NCBI GenBank assembly: GCA_964427915.1
Contig: CAYRWA010000030.1
Coordinates: 1,592-65,591, forward strand
Length of the DNA: 64,000 nucleotides
Source of the DNA: an uncultured Caldisericota bacterium
Lineage (GTDB): Bacteria; Caldisericota; Caldisericia; UBA6126
Reading direction: 5' to 3'
In this document: positions 28,578-41,863 of the stretch, piece after piece
Numbering within the stretch: position 1 is the first letter of the stretch
Layout: each line of letters opens with the position of its first letter
Notes under the pieces: generated by a model
Database searches by the model: none
Seen by the model: the letters and a program-made list of their open reading frames with translations, nothing else
Told to the model about the DNA's origin: nothing
Made by a program: the position numbers and the translations under genes

Positions 28578-31139
28578 ATGAGACGATTTATTAGTCTTTT
28601 TTTAACATGTATCCTAATTGCTGGTTTAACCCTATCTGTAAATGCTTTTTCTGAGATTGGGAACAATGCCCCAGATGGAACTGGCATACACCCTTGGCTG
28701 ATGTATTCTCATGATGCGTATGGGACAAATTATTCTCCAAAAAATTTAGGAGACGAATTTGAAGAAGCTTTGGATTGGCCATTTGACAGCGACGCTGGAT
28801 CGAACCAATCTTTTGGTACCGGTTCAGTTGCTTATGATGGCATTTTGTATTCTGTTCTTTATGATGGTTCTCGCGGAGGACAATCAGCAGAATTAATAGC
28901 CATTGAAATGGAATCCGGGGAAGAAATATGGAGAGAAGAAACCGAAAACCGTTTATCTATTTCTTGTCCTGCAATTGATCCCGTTTTAGGTCTTATTTAT
29001 GTTGCTTCCACCGATGGTTTTGGTCCCAAAGGATCTGGCTCAACAGTTATTACAGCCTTTACATTAGAAGATGGTGAGGAAGAGTGGGTTGGTGAAGCAA
29101 CAGGAGCTATATCATCTCCCATTACCACCAGTGAAGGATTTTTATATTTCAAAACTATGTTCGCCTTAATGGGTGAAGATGATGATGATTTTATGTATAA
29201 AACTGATAGTTCTTTGTTGATTAAAATGGATGCTGAAAGCGGTGATGTTGACTGGGAAGTTGATATTGAGGGAGGCGAATACCTTGGATGGGCTTCTCCT
29301 GTATCAGTACATGAAGATTATTTATACACCTGTTCAGCCGGATTCGCTGCATCCAGCGAAGGTCGTCTATCTATATCTCCACCAGGCTACCTATATTGCA
29401 TTGATGCAGATACTGGTAACATCATATGGGACTACATTGACAATGCTGGACTAGGAGTATCTTCCTGCAACGATGACGAACAAGTGTATTTCATACGTGG
29501 ACGTATTGAGGGGAATTCTGCTTCTCTGGTTGTATCAGCTCACGATCTAGACTCGGGAGAAGAAATCTGGGAATTCTATCAAACCAATACTTTATGTTTT
29601 GGTACTGCCCCTGCCATGAACGAAGACTATCTCTTTGTGCAAGATGCCCAAGGAAAATTGTGGGCACTTGATAAGGATGATGGCAAAGACAACTGGTCAA
29701 AATCTGTTGGAGGCACTTCTCAGTTTGAGAACATGGCACTTGCTGGCGATTACATTGTGTGTTTTAGCCCTGAGATTTCTAACAATTCATTTACCGGTGG
29801 TACAGAAGTTATTATCCTCGATGCTTCAAGGCGAGGCAAACGTGTCTGGAAAGAAGATATTGATGAAGAAATTATTGGGCATGTACTGGTATATGGTAAC
29901 AAGATCTTTTTTACTGGAAAACAAGAAATATTCTGCTTTCAATCTCTTGCTCCTAAACTAGAAATAAAACCTGACAGAATTCTACTAGATAAAGTGGAAC
30001 GAAATACCATAACCGACATCGAGCTTTCACTTGAGAATGTAGGTATTAAAGGTTTAGAGGGGTCTGTTGAAGTAGACCAAGAATGGTTATCCATTGATAT
30101 TGATTCCGTTGATGACAATACTTCAGAGGCTATCTTAACAATTAATACCTGGAATATGGATCAAGGCGATTACTCGGGTAGAGTTATTTTCGACACCAAT
30201 GGCGGGAAAGTGCTTTTGGCCGTCCTTATTACCGTTGTTGACGAAGAACCTCCCGTGATTGAATGGGACCTATCCGATTTCATCGAAATTGATGGCAGTT
30301 TGTATACCAAAGAAGTAGAGATTACATTAAAGGGTCAAACAGAGCCTACTGCTTTTGTTTACATTAATGACGAAGAAGCAGAGCTAGATGCAGATGGCTT
30401 TTTCGAATTCTTTATCGAGTTAGAAGAAGGGGAAAATGAGATCTTAGTAGAAGCAGAAGATGATGTCGGCAACAAAGGTGAAGAGACCTTCATTATTTAC
30501 CTTGATACAAAGCCCCCCTCTTTGAATATCACAACCCCTGACTATGCAATTTCCACCGAGGATAGATTCTATATCATTGGGCAGTGCGACGAAGAAGATG
30601 CTGTTGTAACCGTTGACGATATGGAAATTGAGTTAGGAAAAGGTGGAAAATTTGCCTATGAAGTCTCCCTTGAAAAAGGTGTCAATGCTTTTGTCATAAA
30701 AGCAGTTGACAAGATTGGCAATGAAAATGTAGTCGAATTGCACATTGTATACCCTGATAAGAAAATTGTTATTCTGCGCATCGGAAACAACCAGGCAGAA
30801 GTAAATGGTCAAATTGTTCAACTAGATGCTCCACCAACCATTATTAATGGTAGAACCATGGTGCCTTTGCGATTTGTATCGGAAACCTTTGGAGCCGAAG
30901 TTGGCTGGGATGGCAATGAACAGAAGATTACTTTGATCTATTACGGAAAAACCATTCAACTCTGGATTGGCAGAAGCACTGCCATGGTAAACGACGAACC
31001 AATGATTCTAGATGCTCCGCCAACCATTATTAATGGTAGAACCATGGTGCCTTTGCGATTCTGCGCTGAAACATTTGGTGCAGAAGTAGGATGGGATGGA
31101 GCTACGCAAACCATTACATTAATTTATCCAAAATCCTAA
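28578..31139 (+). CDS. Secreted PQQ-like beta-propeller protein with Ig-like domains and a stalk domain
   Basis: Signal peptide; WLMYSHD; repeated LYC.DA.TG..IW; G.N.I.V.A.D..GN Ig units; two DAPPTIINGRTMVPLRF stalk repeats. Confidence 0.8.
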   Translation: MRRFISLFLTCILIAGLTLSVNAFSEIGNNAPDGTGIHPWLMYSHDAYGTNYSPKNLGDEFEEALDWPFDSDAGSNQSFGTGSVAYDGILYSVLYDGSRGGQSAELIAIEMESGEEIWREETENRLSISCPAIDPVLGLIYVASTDGFGPKGSGSTVITAFTLEDGEEEWVGEATGAISSPITTSEGFLYFKTMFALMGEDDDDFMYKTDSSLLIKMDAESGDVDWEVDIEGGEYLGWASPVSVHEDYLYTCSAGFAASSEGRLSISPPGYLYCIDADTGNIIWDYIDNAGLGVSSCNDDEQVYFIRGRIEGNSASLVVSAHDLDSGEEIWEFYQTNTLCFGTAPAMNEDYLFVQDAQGKLWALDKDDGKDNWSKSVGGTSQFENMALAGDYIVCFSPEISNNSFTGGTEVIILDASRRGKRVWKEDIDEEIIGHVLVYGNKIFFTGKQEIFCFQSLAPKLEIKPDRILLDKVERNTITDIELSLENVGIKGLEGSVEVDQEWLSIDIDSVDDNTSEAILTINTWNMDQGDYSGRVIFDTNGGKVLLAVLITVVDEEPPVIEWDLSDFIEIDGSLYTKEVEITLKGQTEPTAFVYINDEEAELDADGFFEFFIELEEGENEILVEAEDDVGNKGEETFIIYLDTKPPSLNITTPDYAISTEDRFYIIGQCDEEDAVVTVDDMEIELGKGGKFAYEVSLEKGVNAFVIKAVDKIGNENVVELHIVYPDKKIVILRIGNNQAEVNGQIVQLDAPPTIINGRTMVPLRFVSETFGAEVGWDGNEQKITLIYYGKTIQLWIGRSTAMVNDEPMILDAPPTIINGRTMVPLRFCAETFGAEVGWDGATQTITLIYPKS
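30822..31060. repeat. Near-identical 53-bp direct repeat pair in the stalk domain (30822-30874 and 31008-31060)
   Basis: CTAGATGCTCC(a/g)CCAACCATTATTAATGGTAGAACCATGGTGCCTTTGCGATT twice, 186 bp apart. Confidence 0.9.
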
Positions 31140-31160
31140 CATCTGTTAGTCGGTAACAAC

Positions 31161-31193
31161 AAAAAAGCCCTCTCCAAGAGAGGGCTTTTTTTT
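31161..31193. terminator. Bidirectional intrinsic terminator between convergent genes
   Basis: AAAAAAGCCCTCTC caa GAGAGGGCTTTTTTTT. Confidence 0.9.
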
Positions 31194-31216
31194 ATGGAGA
31201 AAGCAATAACCGTGAT

Positions 31217-34179
<2,963 letters not shown>

Positions 34180-34187
34180 CTCCTTTA

Positions 34188-35198
34188 TTAGAAAAATATT
34201 TTTGCAGTATTTAACAATTGTAAATCAACAGGTCTCTTATTTTTGATTAATTCTAACTCTGTGTATTCAATACGACCGTTTACTTGCCCAACTAAAACAC
34301 CTGTATTCCCTCGACGAATAGATTCAACGCTTGCGTTGCCCAGGAGAGTTCCTAACAGTCTATCAGAAGCCAATGGCGATCCACCGCGTTGCAAATGTCC
34401 CAAAATCAGCTGTCTTGTTTCCATACCAGTTTCTTTGGATATTTCGTGAGATAAGAATTGGAGAAGTCCATTGTGATCATTAATCTGTTGCTTTTCTTTG
34501 TCGGATATGTCGACAGGGAAGCCAGCAGTGTCTGCAAGAACAACAATAGAAAAGAATTTTCCTTCTCCCTCCCGTTTGCGAATATGGGCGATAACTTCTT
34601 GTACTGAATACGATTTCTCCGGGATAATGATGAGATCGGCACCTCCTGTAAGACCGCCATGAAGAGCAATCCATCCACATTGTCCTCCCATAACTTCCAC
34701 TAAAAAAACTCGATGGTGAGAAGAAGCAGTTGAGTGTAATCGATCTAAGGATTTTGAGACATAGTCGACGGCAGTTTGGAAGCCAACGCTATTGTCCGTT
34801 CCGGGAATATTATTGTCGATGGTGGCTGGAATTCCAATAATGGGGATGTCAGATGCTTTCATAAAAGAACACAGTTTCATGGTGGAGAAAGAACCAACCC
34901 CAATAAAACAAGTAATAGAGAGTTTTTCTTGAATCTTTTTCGTATCTTTTATTGCATTGTGGTTTTCAAGATAGGGGTCGCTCAAAGAAGTTCCTAGGAC
35001 CGTCCCGCCAATAGGAAGAATTCCAGATACATACGAACGATCCATCATAAAGGAATTGTTGGCAACAATGCCTTCCATTCCGTTACGGAAAGCAATTACT
35101 TCATATGAGTGTTCAAAGGAAGTTCTCGCAATGGCCCGAAGAACAGCATTGGTTCCTGGAGCGTCACGTCCAGATGTGAAAATTCCAATTCGTTTCAT
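34188..35198 (-). CDS. 6-phosphofructokinase (PfkA) family protein with degenerate catalytic motifs
   Basis: [36 protein letters not shown]. Confidence 0.85.
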   Translation of the reverse strand: MKRIGIFTSGRDAPGTNAVLRAIARTSFEHSYEVIAFRNGMEGIVANNSFMMDRSYVSGILPIGGTVLGTSLSDPYLENHNAIKDTKKIQEKLSITCFIGVGSFSTMKLCSFMKASDIPIIGIPATIDNNIPGTDNSVGFQTAVDYVSKSLDRLHSTASSHHRVFLVEVMGGQCGWIALHGGLTGGADLIIIPEKSYSVQEVIAHIRKREGEGKFFSIVVLADTAGFPVDISDKEKQQINDHNGLLQFLSHEISKETGMETRQLILGHLQRGGSPLASDRLLGTLLGNASVESIRRGNTGVLVGQVNGRIEYTELELIKNKRPVDLQLLNTAKIFF

Positions 35199-35216
35199 AT
35201 GTTCTCCTTTGATGAA

Positions 35217-37208
35217 TTATAGAAAAAGCGGAATAAAAGTTAACGTTACAATGGATATTAGTTTGATAAGAATATTTAAAGAGGGGCCAGCTGTGTCTTT
35301 AAGGGGGTCACCTACAGTATCGCCGGTAACTGAAGCAATGTGGGCAATGGATCCTTTTCCCCCGTGAAATCCTGATTCAATATATTTTTTTGCATTGTCC
35401 CAAGCGCCCCCGCTGTTTGACATGAAAATTGCCATTGTAACACCACATACAAGAACTCCTGCTAGCAATCCTATAACAGATTCAATCCCAATGGCAATAT
35501 ACAATACAAAAGGAAATACAATTCCTAGCAAAGAGGGTAGAATCATGCCCTTGATGGCACCTGTAGTAGAAATATCGATGCATTTTTCATAATCTGGGGC
35601 GGTGAGTCCTTTTAAGAGGCCTGGCTTCTCTTTGAACTGACGACGAACTTCTTCCACCATAGGGGTGGCAGCTTGCGTTACAGAATTGATTGTAAGGGCA
35701 GAAAAAAGAAAAGGTAACATGCCACCAACGAAAAGTCCAATAATGACCTGGGGATTATCAAGAGAAAAGGAAATGTGCAAGGCTTGTATTGTATCCAAGT
35801 GAGTAAATGTGTTAAACAGAGTTAAGGCAGTGAGGGCGGCTGAACCGATAGAGAACCCTTTCCCGATAGCAGCAGTAGTGTTGCCTATGGAATCCAACTT
35901 GTCAGTGGTTTGACGAACATATTCAGGTTGGTGAGTCATTTCAGCAATACCACCTGCGTTGTCAGATATGGGACCATAGGCATCAACCGAAATGGTTGCT
36001 GCTACAGTGAGGAGCATTCCAAGTCCTGCCAGAGCAATCCCAAAAACATTCATTAGTGCATAGGAAACATAAACAGCAATAACAATTGTTGTAATAGTGA
36101 GAAACGTGCTTTGCATTCCAAAACTGAAACCGCTTAAAATATTGCTTGCGGTACCTGCCTCGGATGCGGATGCAATGGTACGAATAGGTGTCGCGGACGT
36201 ATAGTAATCTGTGATGAAGCCAATAATAGAACCACAAATAATTCCCACCGTAACTGTATAAAAAAAGAATAAATCTTGAAGGAGATAGTAGCTAGCAATA
36301 AAGGTCAGAGCAATCGCCATCAGAGATGAAAAAACGCCAATATTCTTAATCATGAAACTGGGATTTACATTTTTCTTCCTGGACATGTGTCTGGAAAAAA
36401 ATATGACGACAATCGAACTAAAAAACCCAATAGAAAGAAGAGTAAAGATAAAAGAAATGTATGTAGGATTACCATCATAAAACAGAGCAATAAGGGCAAA
36501 ACAACCATATGTTGCCCCGATGTATGATTCAAAAAGATCCGCACCCATTCCTGCTACATCTCCCACATTGTCTCCAACATTATCTGCAATGACGGCGGGG
36601 TTTCGTGGGTCGTCTTCTGGTATGTGGGCTTCTGTTTTTCCCACGATATCAGCTCCGATGTCAGCAGCTTTTGTAAAAATGCCTCCCCCTATCCTAGAAA
36701 AGAGAGCTACCAAGGAAGCTCCTAAAGAATAACCAAGGAGGATACTTATGGGAGAAAGTGAAGTAAGGTACTGTGCAAGAATAAAACTAAGCGATAGACC
36801 CAAAATACCAAAACTACATGTGGCAATACCCATAATGGAACCACCCGTAAAAGAAACATAGAGGGCGGATTGGATATTCTTTTTGGCTGCTGCAGTTGTC
36901 TTGTAATTAGCAATCGTAGAGATGCTCATTCCAATCAAACCACTGCAAATGGAAAAGAGGGATCCTATGAAGAACATAATGGCAAATTCTATAGAGAATA
37001 AAAATATGATAAATAGGGTGAAACCAAGTACAAAAGGTGTCAATATCTTATATTGACGTCGAAGATACGCAAAAGCACCCCGCCGAATAATAAATCCAAT
37101 TTCCTGGATCGATTTTTCTGCCGGATAATGCATAATAGCTTGCACAAATTGGAACACAAAAAAAAACCCCAAAAGACTCATCAGAAAGGCAATCCAAACA
37201 CTGATCAA
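35217..37208 (-). CDS. hppA: Membrane pyrophosphatase, K+-dependent, probably Na+-pumping
   Basis: [44 protein letters not shown] marks the K+-dependent type; DLFES has Glu at the Na+-PPase position. Confidence 0.93.
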   Translation of the reverse strand: MISVWIAFLMSLLGFFFVFQFVQAIMHYPAEKSIQEIGFIIRRGAFAYLRRQYKILTPFVLGFTLFIIFLFSIEFAIMFFIGSLFSICSGLIGMSISTIANYKTTAAAKKNIQSALYVSFTGGSIMGIATCSFGILGLSLSFILAQYLTSLSPISILLGYSLGASLVALFSRIGGGIFTKAADIGADIVGKTEAHIPEDDPRNPAVIADNVGDNVGDVAGMGADLFESYIGATYGCFALIALFYDGNPTYISFIFTLLSIGFFSSIVVIFFSRHMSRKKNVNPSFMIKNIGVFSSLMAIALTFIASYYLLQDLFFFYTVTVGIICGSIIGFITDYYTSATPIRTIASASEAGTASNILSGFSFGMQSTFLTITTIVIAVYVSYALMNVFGIALAGLGMLLTVAATISVDAYGPISDNAGGIAEMTHQPEYVRQTTDKLDSIGNTTAAIGKGFSIGSAALTALTLFNTFTHLDTIQALHISFSLDNPQVIIGLFVGGMLPFLFSALTINSVTQAATPMVEEVRRQFKEKPGLLKGLTAPDYEKCIDISTTGAIKGMILPSLLGIVFPFVLYIAIGIESVIGLLAGVLVCGVTMAIFMSNSGGAWDNAKKYIESGFHGGKGSIAHIASVTGDTVGDPLKDTAGPSLNILIKLISIVTLTFIPLFL

Positions 37209-37241
37209 AATAAAACCCCTTTGTATGGTATACGCGTTTAA

Positions 37242-37269
37242 TTGACTTCTATGCAGTCAAGTTTATACT
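37242..37269 (+). promoter_or_regulatory. Sigma70-like promoter for the tRNA pair, overlapping a TTGACT-N7-AGTCAA palindrome
   Basis: TTGACT (37242), 16 bp, TATACT (37264). Confidence 0.55.
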
Positions 37270-37292
37270 TAACTTAGAATTTTGCAAGGGAT

Positions 37293-37364
37293 GGGCGGGT
37301 GGCTCAGAGGTAGAGCACTTCCCTCACACGGAAGGGGTCACAGGTTCGAATCCTGTTCCGCCCA
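37293..37364 (+). tRNA. tRNA-Val (CAC), CCA not encoded
   Basis: Acceptor GGGCGGG/TCCGCCC; anticodon arm CTTCC-CTCACAC-GGAAG; GGTTCGAATCC T-arm. Confidence 0.95.
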
Positions 37365-37376
37365 TACTTATTGTTT

Positions 37377-37449
37377 GCCGATGTAGCTCAGCTGGTAGAG
37401 CAGCTGATTCGTAATCAGCAGGTCGTCAGTTCGACTCTGACCATCGGCT
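37377..37449 (+). tRNA. tRNA-Thr (CGT), CCA not encoded
   Basis: Acceptor GCCGATG/CATCGGC; anticodon arm GCTGA-TTCGTAA-TCAGC; AGTTCGACTCT T-arm. Confidence 0.95.
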
Positions 37450-37469
37450 GTGTGTCTGGAGGGTAATGA

Positions 37470-40400
37470 ATGGACAAAATTCATTTCGGTAAATATGTTG
37501 CAGTTGAAGAAATTGGCAGAGGTGGGATGTCCATTGTGTATAGAGGGGACCATCCGACCCTTAACAAGCCAGTTGCAATCAAAGTATTATCTGAGTTTTT
37601 AACAGCAGATAAGAGCTTTATTAATCGATTTCAGAAAGAAGCAGATCTGTTGTCTTCTTTTAGGCATGCAAACATTGTTTCCATCCTGGATTATGGACAG
37701 CAAGGCTCGAAATACTTTATTGTAATGGAGTACATTGAGGGATTTACTGTACAACAAATGACTATGCAAACAGGTCCTCTTCCTCTGAACATTATCACAA
37801 ATATTTTGCAGGGTGTTGCTACAGCGCTTGCCTACACTCATCGAAAGAGTATTGTTCACCAAGACATAAAGTCTTCCAACATTATGGTAGATAACAACGG
37901 GCACGTGTTAGTAACCGATTTTGGACTTTCTAGAAACATTAGTCTGGACAACATCGAACAGAATACACAAGAAATTGTCGGAACCCTATCCTATTGCGCT
38001 CCGGAACAATTGGATCATAAAATTGGTAGAATTGATGCTACAACGGACATTTATTCTCTTGGAGTTGTTTTTTACGAAATGGCAACCGGTCAACTACCTT
38101 TTGCTGACGAAAATTCTTCTGTGAATATTGCCTATCAACACATCAATGTTATGCCTGAGTCTCCAAAAAAATTAAAACCAGATTTACTGCTAAAAGCTTC
38201 AAGCATGATTATGAAAATGCTGAAAAAGAAACAATCCGAACGATATCAAAATATGGAAGAAGTACTCAAAGATATCCAAGAATTACAGGATGTATCACAA
38301 TACTATCGACCTAAATATGAAGAAGGCGAAGAGGAAGGCTCTTTTTTCGTTTTCCAATCCGATGGTGATGATTCCAAAACGGATCTACCTTCTCAAGATT
38401 CAGAAGCTCCTATTGTAATTTCATCAACCGATGAAGAATCCTCCACGAATGCAAAAGATGAAAGCCAAGAAGATGAAGAAATTCCCCGAGAGGAGACCTC
38501 GATGGAAAAGGACAATACAATGAGAGAGTCACGCCAAAAACCTTCTACGGAAAAATCGAATCACGAGGCTGAGCTTGGTTTCGAAACCGATCCCTATATT
38601 GGAAAAGAAGTCAAACACCGATATCGAATTCAAAAGCTTATTCTCCGTCGGATTTTAAGCAAACTATATTATGGCATTGATTTGGTTAAAGATGTTCCCG
38701 TTACCATTCAGCTTCCCAATGAATCAAGACCAACCTTTAAAACGAGGATCAGTAGAGAAATAGAGACAATGAAAAAAATTGATCACCCGGGTTTTGTGAA
38801 GTTTATTGATGTGATTGAAGAAGACGGGGTACACTTTGTCATACGAGAATATGTTGAGGGGAGTTCTGTAAAAAATCTTCTCAAGAGAGAACAGCTATCT
38901 ATCAAACGCAGCGTATTAATTGCATTGGATGTTTTAGATGCACTGGCCTATTTGCATCAAAGAAAAATTATTCATAGAGATTTAAATTCTGATGTGGTGA
39001 TGATACCAAACAAGGGCAGAACCCGCATTAGCTCCTTAGGTTTTACACGCGTTGAGGATGCTTCAAGCGTATCAAGCGGAGAGTTTTTAGGTGTAGTACA
39101 ATATACTGCTCCCGAACAAATAACGCAGTCTTTTTCAGATGCAAGAACAGATATTTATGCTGTCGGCGTTCTTCTATTTGAAATGCTCACTGGGGCGCCT
39201 CCATTTGACTCTACTCTTCCGGTTGAAGTCATGGACATGCATTTAAAAAAGGTTCCTCGTTTCCCCGAGGAATCTCAAAAAGGCATCCCTTTGACTCTTC
39301 AAAGAATTGTTTTGAAAGCACTCTCGAAACAACCGGAACAGCGTTTTCAAACAGCAGAAGAAATGACAGAAGCTTTAGAAACTTTTTTAACAAGCTACAC
39401 AGGAAAGAATGCAGAATCATCAATGCCCAAACGTGATTTGGAAGAATCCCACCCAAGGAAGGAACACGGTCAAGACCCACACATGCCCCCCCTAAACGTC
39501 ACATCTGATACAGGTTTGTATAGAGACTTACAGCAAAAGAATAGTCCAAAAAAACAAGTATCCTTCTCAATAAAAAATAAACCCTCCCCTAAAATGAACC
39601 ACGAGAACAAAGTGGATATTCGGAAAATTATCAATGATGATCTAAAAATGGATCCTCGTTCCAAAGAACCTGAAATAACACAAGAAAATGAAGTAACAAA
39701 AGAAAAACCAACCCGGAATGCAACATACTCCAAAGAGAAAGAAGTATACGAAGAAACACAGAGAACCGCAAAAGTGGATTCAACAAACGCAAACTCTCCC
39801 ACTTTTTCCATGAAACATTCAAAAAAAGATAGTGGAGGTACAAGCACCTCTCCAAAGAAACGTTATTGGCTACCGGTGTTGTTAATTGGACTAGCAGCAG
39901 TGCTACTATTTTTCATTTTTGGACCTTTGTCTGGTTCTGATAATGAATCAGGATCTTCCAGCGCAGAATCTACCTTTCTAGAATGGGTTTCACCACAATC
40001 TGTAAAAGAGGTTTTCCTTTCTCCTCTTGTTCCCACCTCTATTGTTTTGCAAAACCCTTCTTGGGAACCCGACCACTATTATACAATTAAAAAAATAACT
40101 CCTACGGTTGATTATACGATTTCCAAACCCTCAGAGGATGGTGTTTTTACGCTAAAACTGTTTTCTTCCAATCCAAATTTAGAAAAAACTGTCCAGTTTA
40201 CGATACAATATCGCAGCCCAGCGGATGAAGTTCGCAACGAAGTTACATATACAATTGCCAACACCCCAGATTCCGTATCAGAAATCCGGATTAATTATGA
40301 AAAAGCAACCTATAGTTTAAATAACGAAAATCCTCAAATGAATGATCCCAATGTGTTTATATATCAAGAAAAAGTGTATATTCCCATTCGTTTTCTATAC

Positions 40401-40673
40401 CGAGTTTTTGATGCAGATCTATCCTATGATTTTGAGGAAGAGAAAATCGAAATTCGCAACCTGGACCAACACGTGTACGAGTTTTATTTATTTCAAAACA
40501 AATATGCGATCGATGGCCAGACAATAACCGGTGTGAATCCTGTTTTGGAGATCAACGATACAGCGTATCTTCCTATCGACTTTTTAAGTATCAAAATGCG
40601 TTTTTCGGTTGTTTTAGAAAGAAATATCGATGATCATTTTGTGATTCGTTTAATCAAGAATCAAGAGACATAG
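37470..40673 (+). CDS. Hanks-type Ser/Thr kinase with a second (pseudo)kinase domain, TM helix and extracellular stalk domain
   Basis: Domain 1: GRGGMS, VAIK, HQDIKSSN, DFG, APE. Domain 2: HRDLN, YTAPEQ, DIYAVG. TM WLPVLLIGLAAVLLFFIF. C-terminal VYIPIRFL...AYLPIDFL. Confidence 0.9.
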   Translation: MDKIHFGKYVAVEEIGRGGMSIVYRGDHPTLNKPVAIKVLSEFLTADKSFINRFQKEADLLSSFRHANIVSILDYGQQGSKYFIVMEYIEGFTVQQMTMQTGPLPLNIITNILQGVATALAYTHRKSIVHQDIKSSNIMVDNNGHVLVTDFGLSRNISLDNIEQNTQEIVGTLSYCAPEQLDHKIGRIDATTDIYSLGVVFYEMATGQLPFADENSSVNIAYQHINVMPESPKKLKPDLLLKASSMIMKMLKKKQSERYQNMEEVLKDIQELQDVSQYYRPKYEEGEEEGSFFVFQSDGDDSKTDLPSQDSEAPIVISSTDEESSTNAKDESQEDEEIPREETSMEKDNTMRESRQKPSTEKSNHEAELGFETDPYIGKEVKHRYRIQKLILRRILSKLYYGIDLVKDVPVTIQLPNESRPTFKTRISREIETMKKIDHPGFVKFIDVIEEDGVHFVIREYVEGSSVKNLLKREQLSIKRSVLIALDVLDALAYLHQRKIIHRDLNSDVVMIPNKGRTRISSLGFTRVEDASSVSSGEFLGVVQYTAPEQITQSFSDARTDIYAVGVLLFEMLTGAPPFDSTLPVEVMDMHLKKVPRFPEESQKGIPLTLQRIVLKALSKQPEQRFQTAEEMTEALETFLTSYTGKNAESSMPKRDLEESHPRKEHGQDPHMPPLNVTSDTGLYRDLQQKNSPKKQVSFSIKNKPSPKMNHENKVDIRKIINDDLKMDPRSKEPEITQENEVTKEKPTRNATYSKEKEVYEETQRTAKVDSTNANSPTFSMKHSKKDSGGTSTSPKKRYWLPVLLIGLAAVLLFFIFGPLSGSDNESGSSSAESTFLEWVSPQSVKEVFLSPLVPTSIVLQNPSWEPDHYYTIKKITPTVDYTISKPSEDGVFTLKLFSSNPNLEKTVQFTIQYRSPADEVRNEVTYTIANTPDSVSEIRINYEKATYSLNNENPQMNDPNVFIYQEKVYIPIRFLYRVFDADLSYDFEEEKIEIRNLDQHVYEFYLFQNKYAIDGQTITGVNPVLEINDTAYLPIDFLSIKMRFSVVLERNIDDHFVIRLIKNQET

Positions 40674-40675
40674 TT

Positions 40676-41863
40676 ATGGTACCAGGTTTTGGGTTTGAAA
40701 ATCACCTAAGCGTTGTTTTTGCATTGGATACTGCTTCTGAATTGGAACAATATCAGCCATACTTTGATAGCAATTCAATGCTACGAATAGAAGATCTAGT
40801 GGTGGATGGTTTTATTCTTGACGAAAAACTTCGGATGCTTACGCCCGATATTTTAATACTGGACTATCACTTGAAAAATATCAATATGATTAGTTTTTTA
40901 GAAGAAGCGATTATCAAATATCCATCTACTTCCATTGTATTAATTGTTAAGGAAGAAGACTTAATAGATATTCGAAAAATAGTGAAAACAGCTACCAGAA
41001 ACGTAATTACTCGACCTATTCAACCGGAAGCTCTTCCTCAAATTGCTATGAATGCATTCGTATCTAGTTTTAAAGATAAAAAATTTCAGAATACGGGCAT
41101 GCAATCCAAGGAACTGGGGAAGCTGTTAAGCTTCACTTCTTCAAAAGGTGGCGTGGGGAAGTCCCTTTTGGCGGTTAACCTAGCCCTTATTTTAGCAAAT
41201 TTAACAGAGTCTTTTAAGGTTTTACTCATGGATTTAGGGCTTCCTTATGGAGACCAACGAGCCATTACCAATATAAGTCCTGACAAAACACAATCTACAA
41301 TTGATTTGTTTACTATTGCCGATGAATTGTCACCAGAACGACTTAGCAATATAGTACAAAGAAGTGAAATTTATCCGAATTTTGATATTGTCGTGTCCCC
41401 TGGTTCTTTCGAAAGAATGAAAGAAATTGAGGATGGGAAAATTAGCAAGGCGATTCGAACTCTGAAGCTTATTTATGACTACATTATTGTCGACCTTGAT
41501 CCGGGGGTGAACAAGATATCGAAAATTGTATTTGAACAATCTGACAAAATCTTTATTTTGTTTACGCCAGAAATCCCCTCTTTATTTCGTTTAGTGAATT
41601 ATTTAAAAGAGTTTCAGTGGTTGACTATTAATACTCCTCCAGAGATTATCTATAACAAAAGGACCAAAAAGGCAGATCAAAAGATTCATTCCATTCTTCA
41701 GAAAATTCTCCCTTACAAACTCTTTGGTTCTGTTCGGGAAGATCACAGAATTGCATTTGCTTCCATGAACGATATGTTTCCAGCTGTCACCAAGAAAGGT
41801 GTTATTCGTAAAGATGTCATGGATATTGCAGAAAAAATTCTTGAATGGGAGGGAAATGGATGA
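40676..41863 (+). CDS. cpaE: TadZ/CpaE receiver-ParA/MinD-like ATPase
   Basis: Receiver-like PDILILD; KGGVGKS; YDYIIVD; upstream of cpaF. Confidence 0.85.
   Translation: MVPGFGFENHLSVVFALDTASELEQYQPYFDSNSMLRIEDLVVDGFILDEKLRMLTPDILILDYHLKNINMISFLEEAIIKYPSTSIVLIVKEEDLIDIRKIVKTATRNVITRPIQPEALPQIAMNAFVSSFKDKKFQNTGMQSKELGKLLSFTSSKGGVGKSLLAVNLALILANLTESFKVLLMDLGLPYGDQRAITNISPDKTQSTIDLFTIADELSPERLSNIVQRSEIYPNFDIVVSPGSFERMKEIEDGKISKAIRTLKLIYDYIIVDLDPGVNKISKIVFEQSDKIFILFTPEIPSLFRLVNYLKEFQWLTINTPPEIIYNKRTKKADQKIHSILQKILPYKLFGSVREDHRIAFASMNDMFPAVTKKGVIRKDVMDIAEKILEWEGNG

Noticed and set aside
37368-37553. 61-aa minus-strand ORF
   Set aside because: Antisense to tRNA-Thr and the kinase start.
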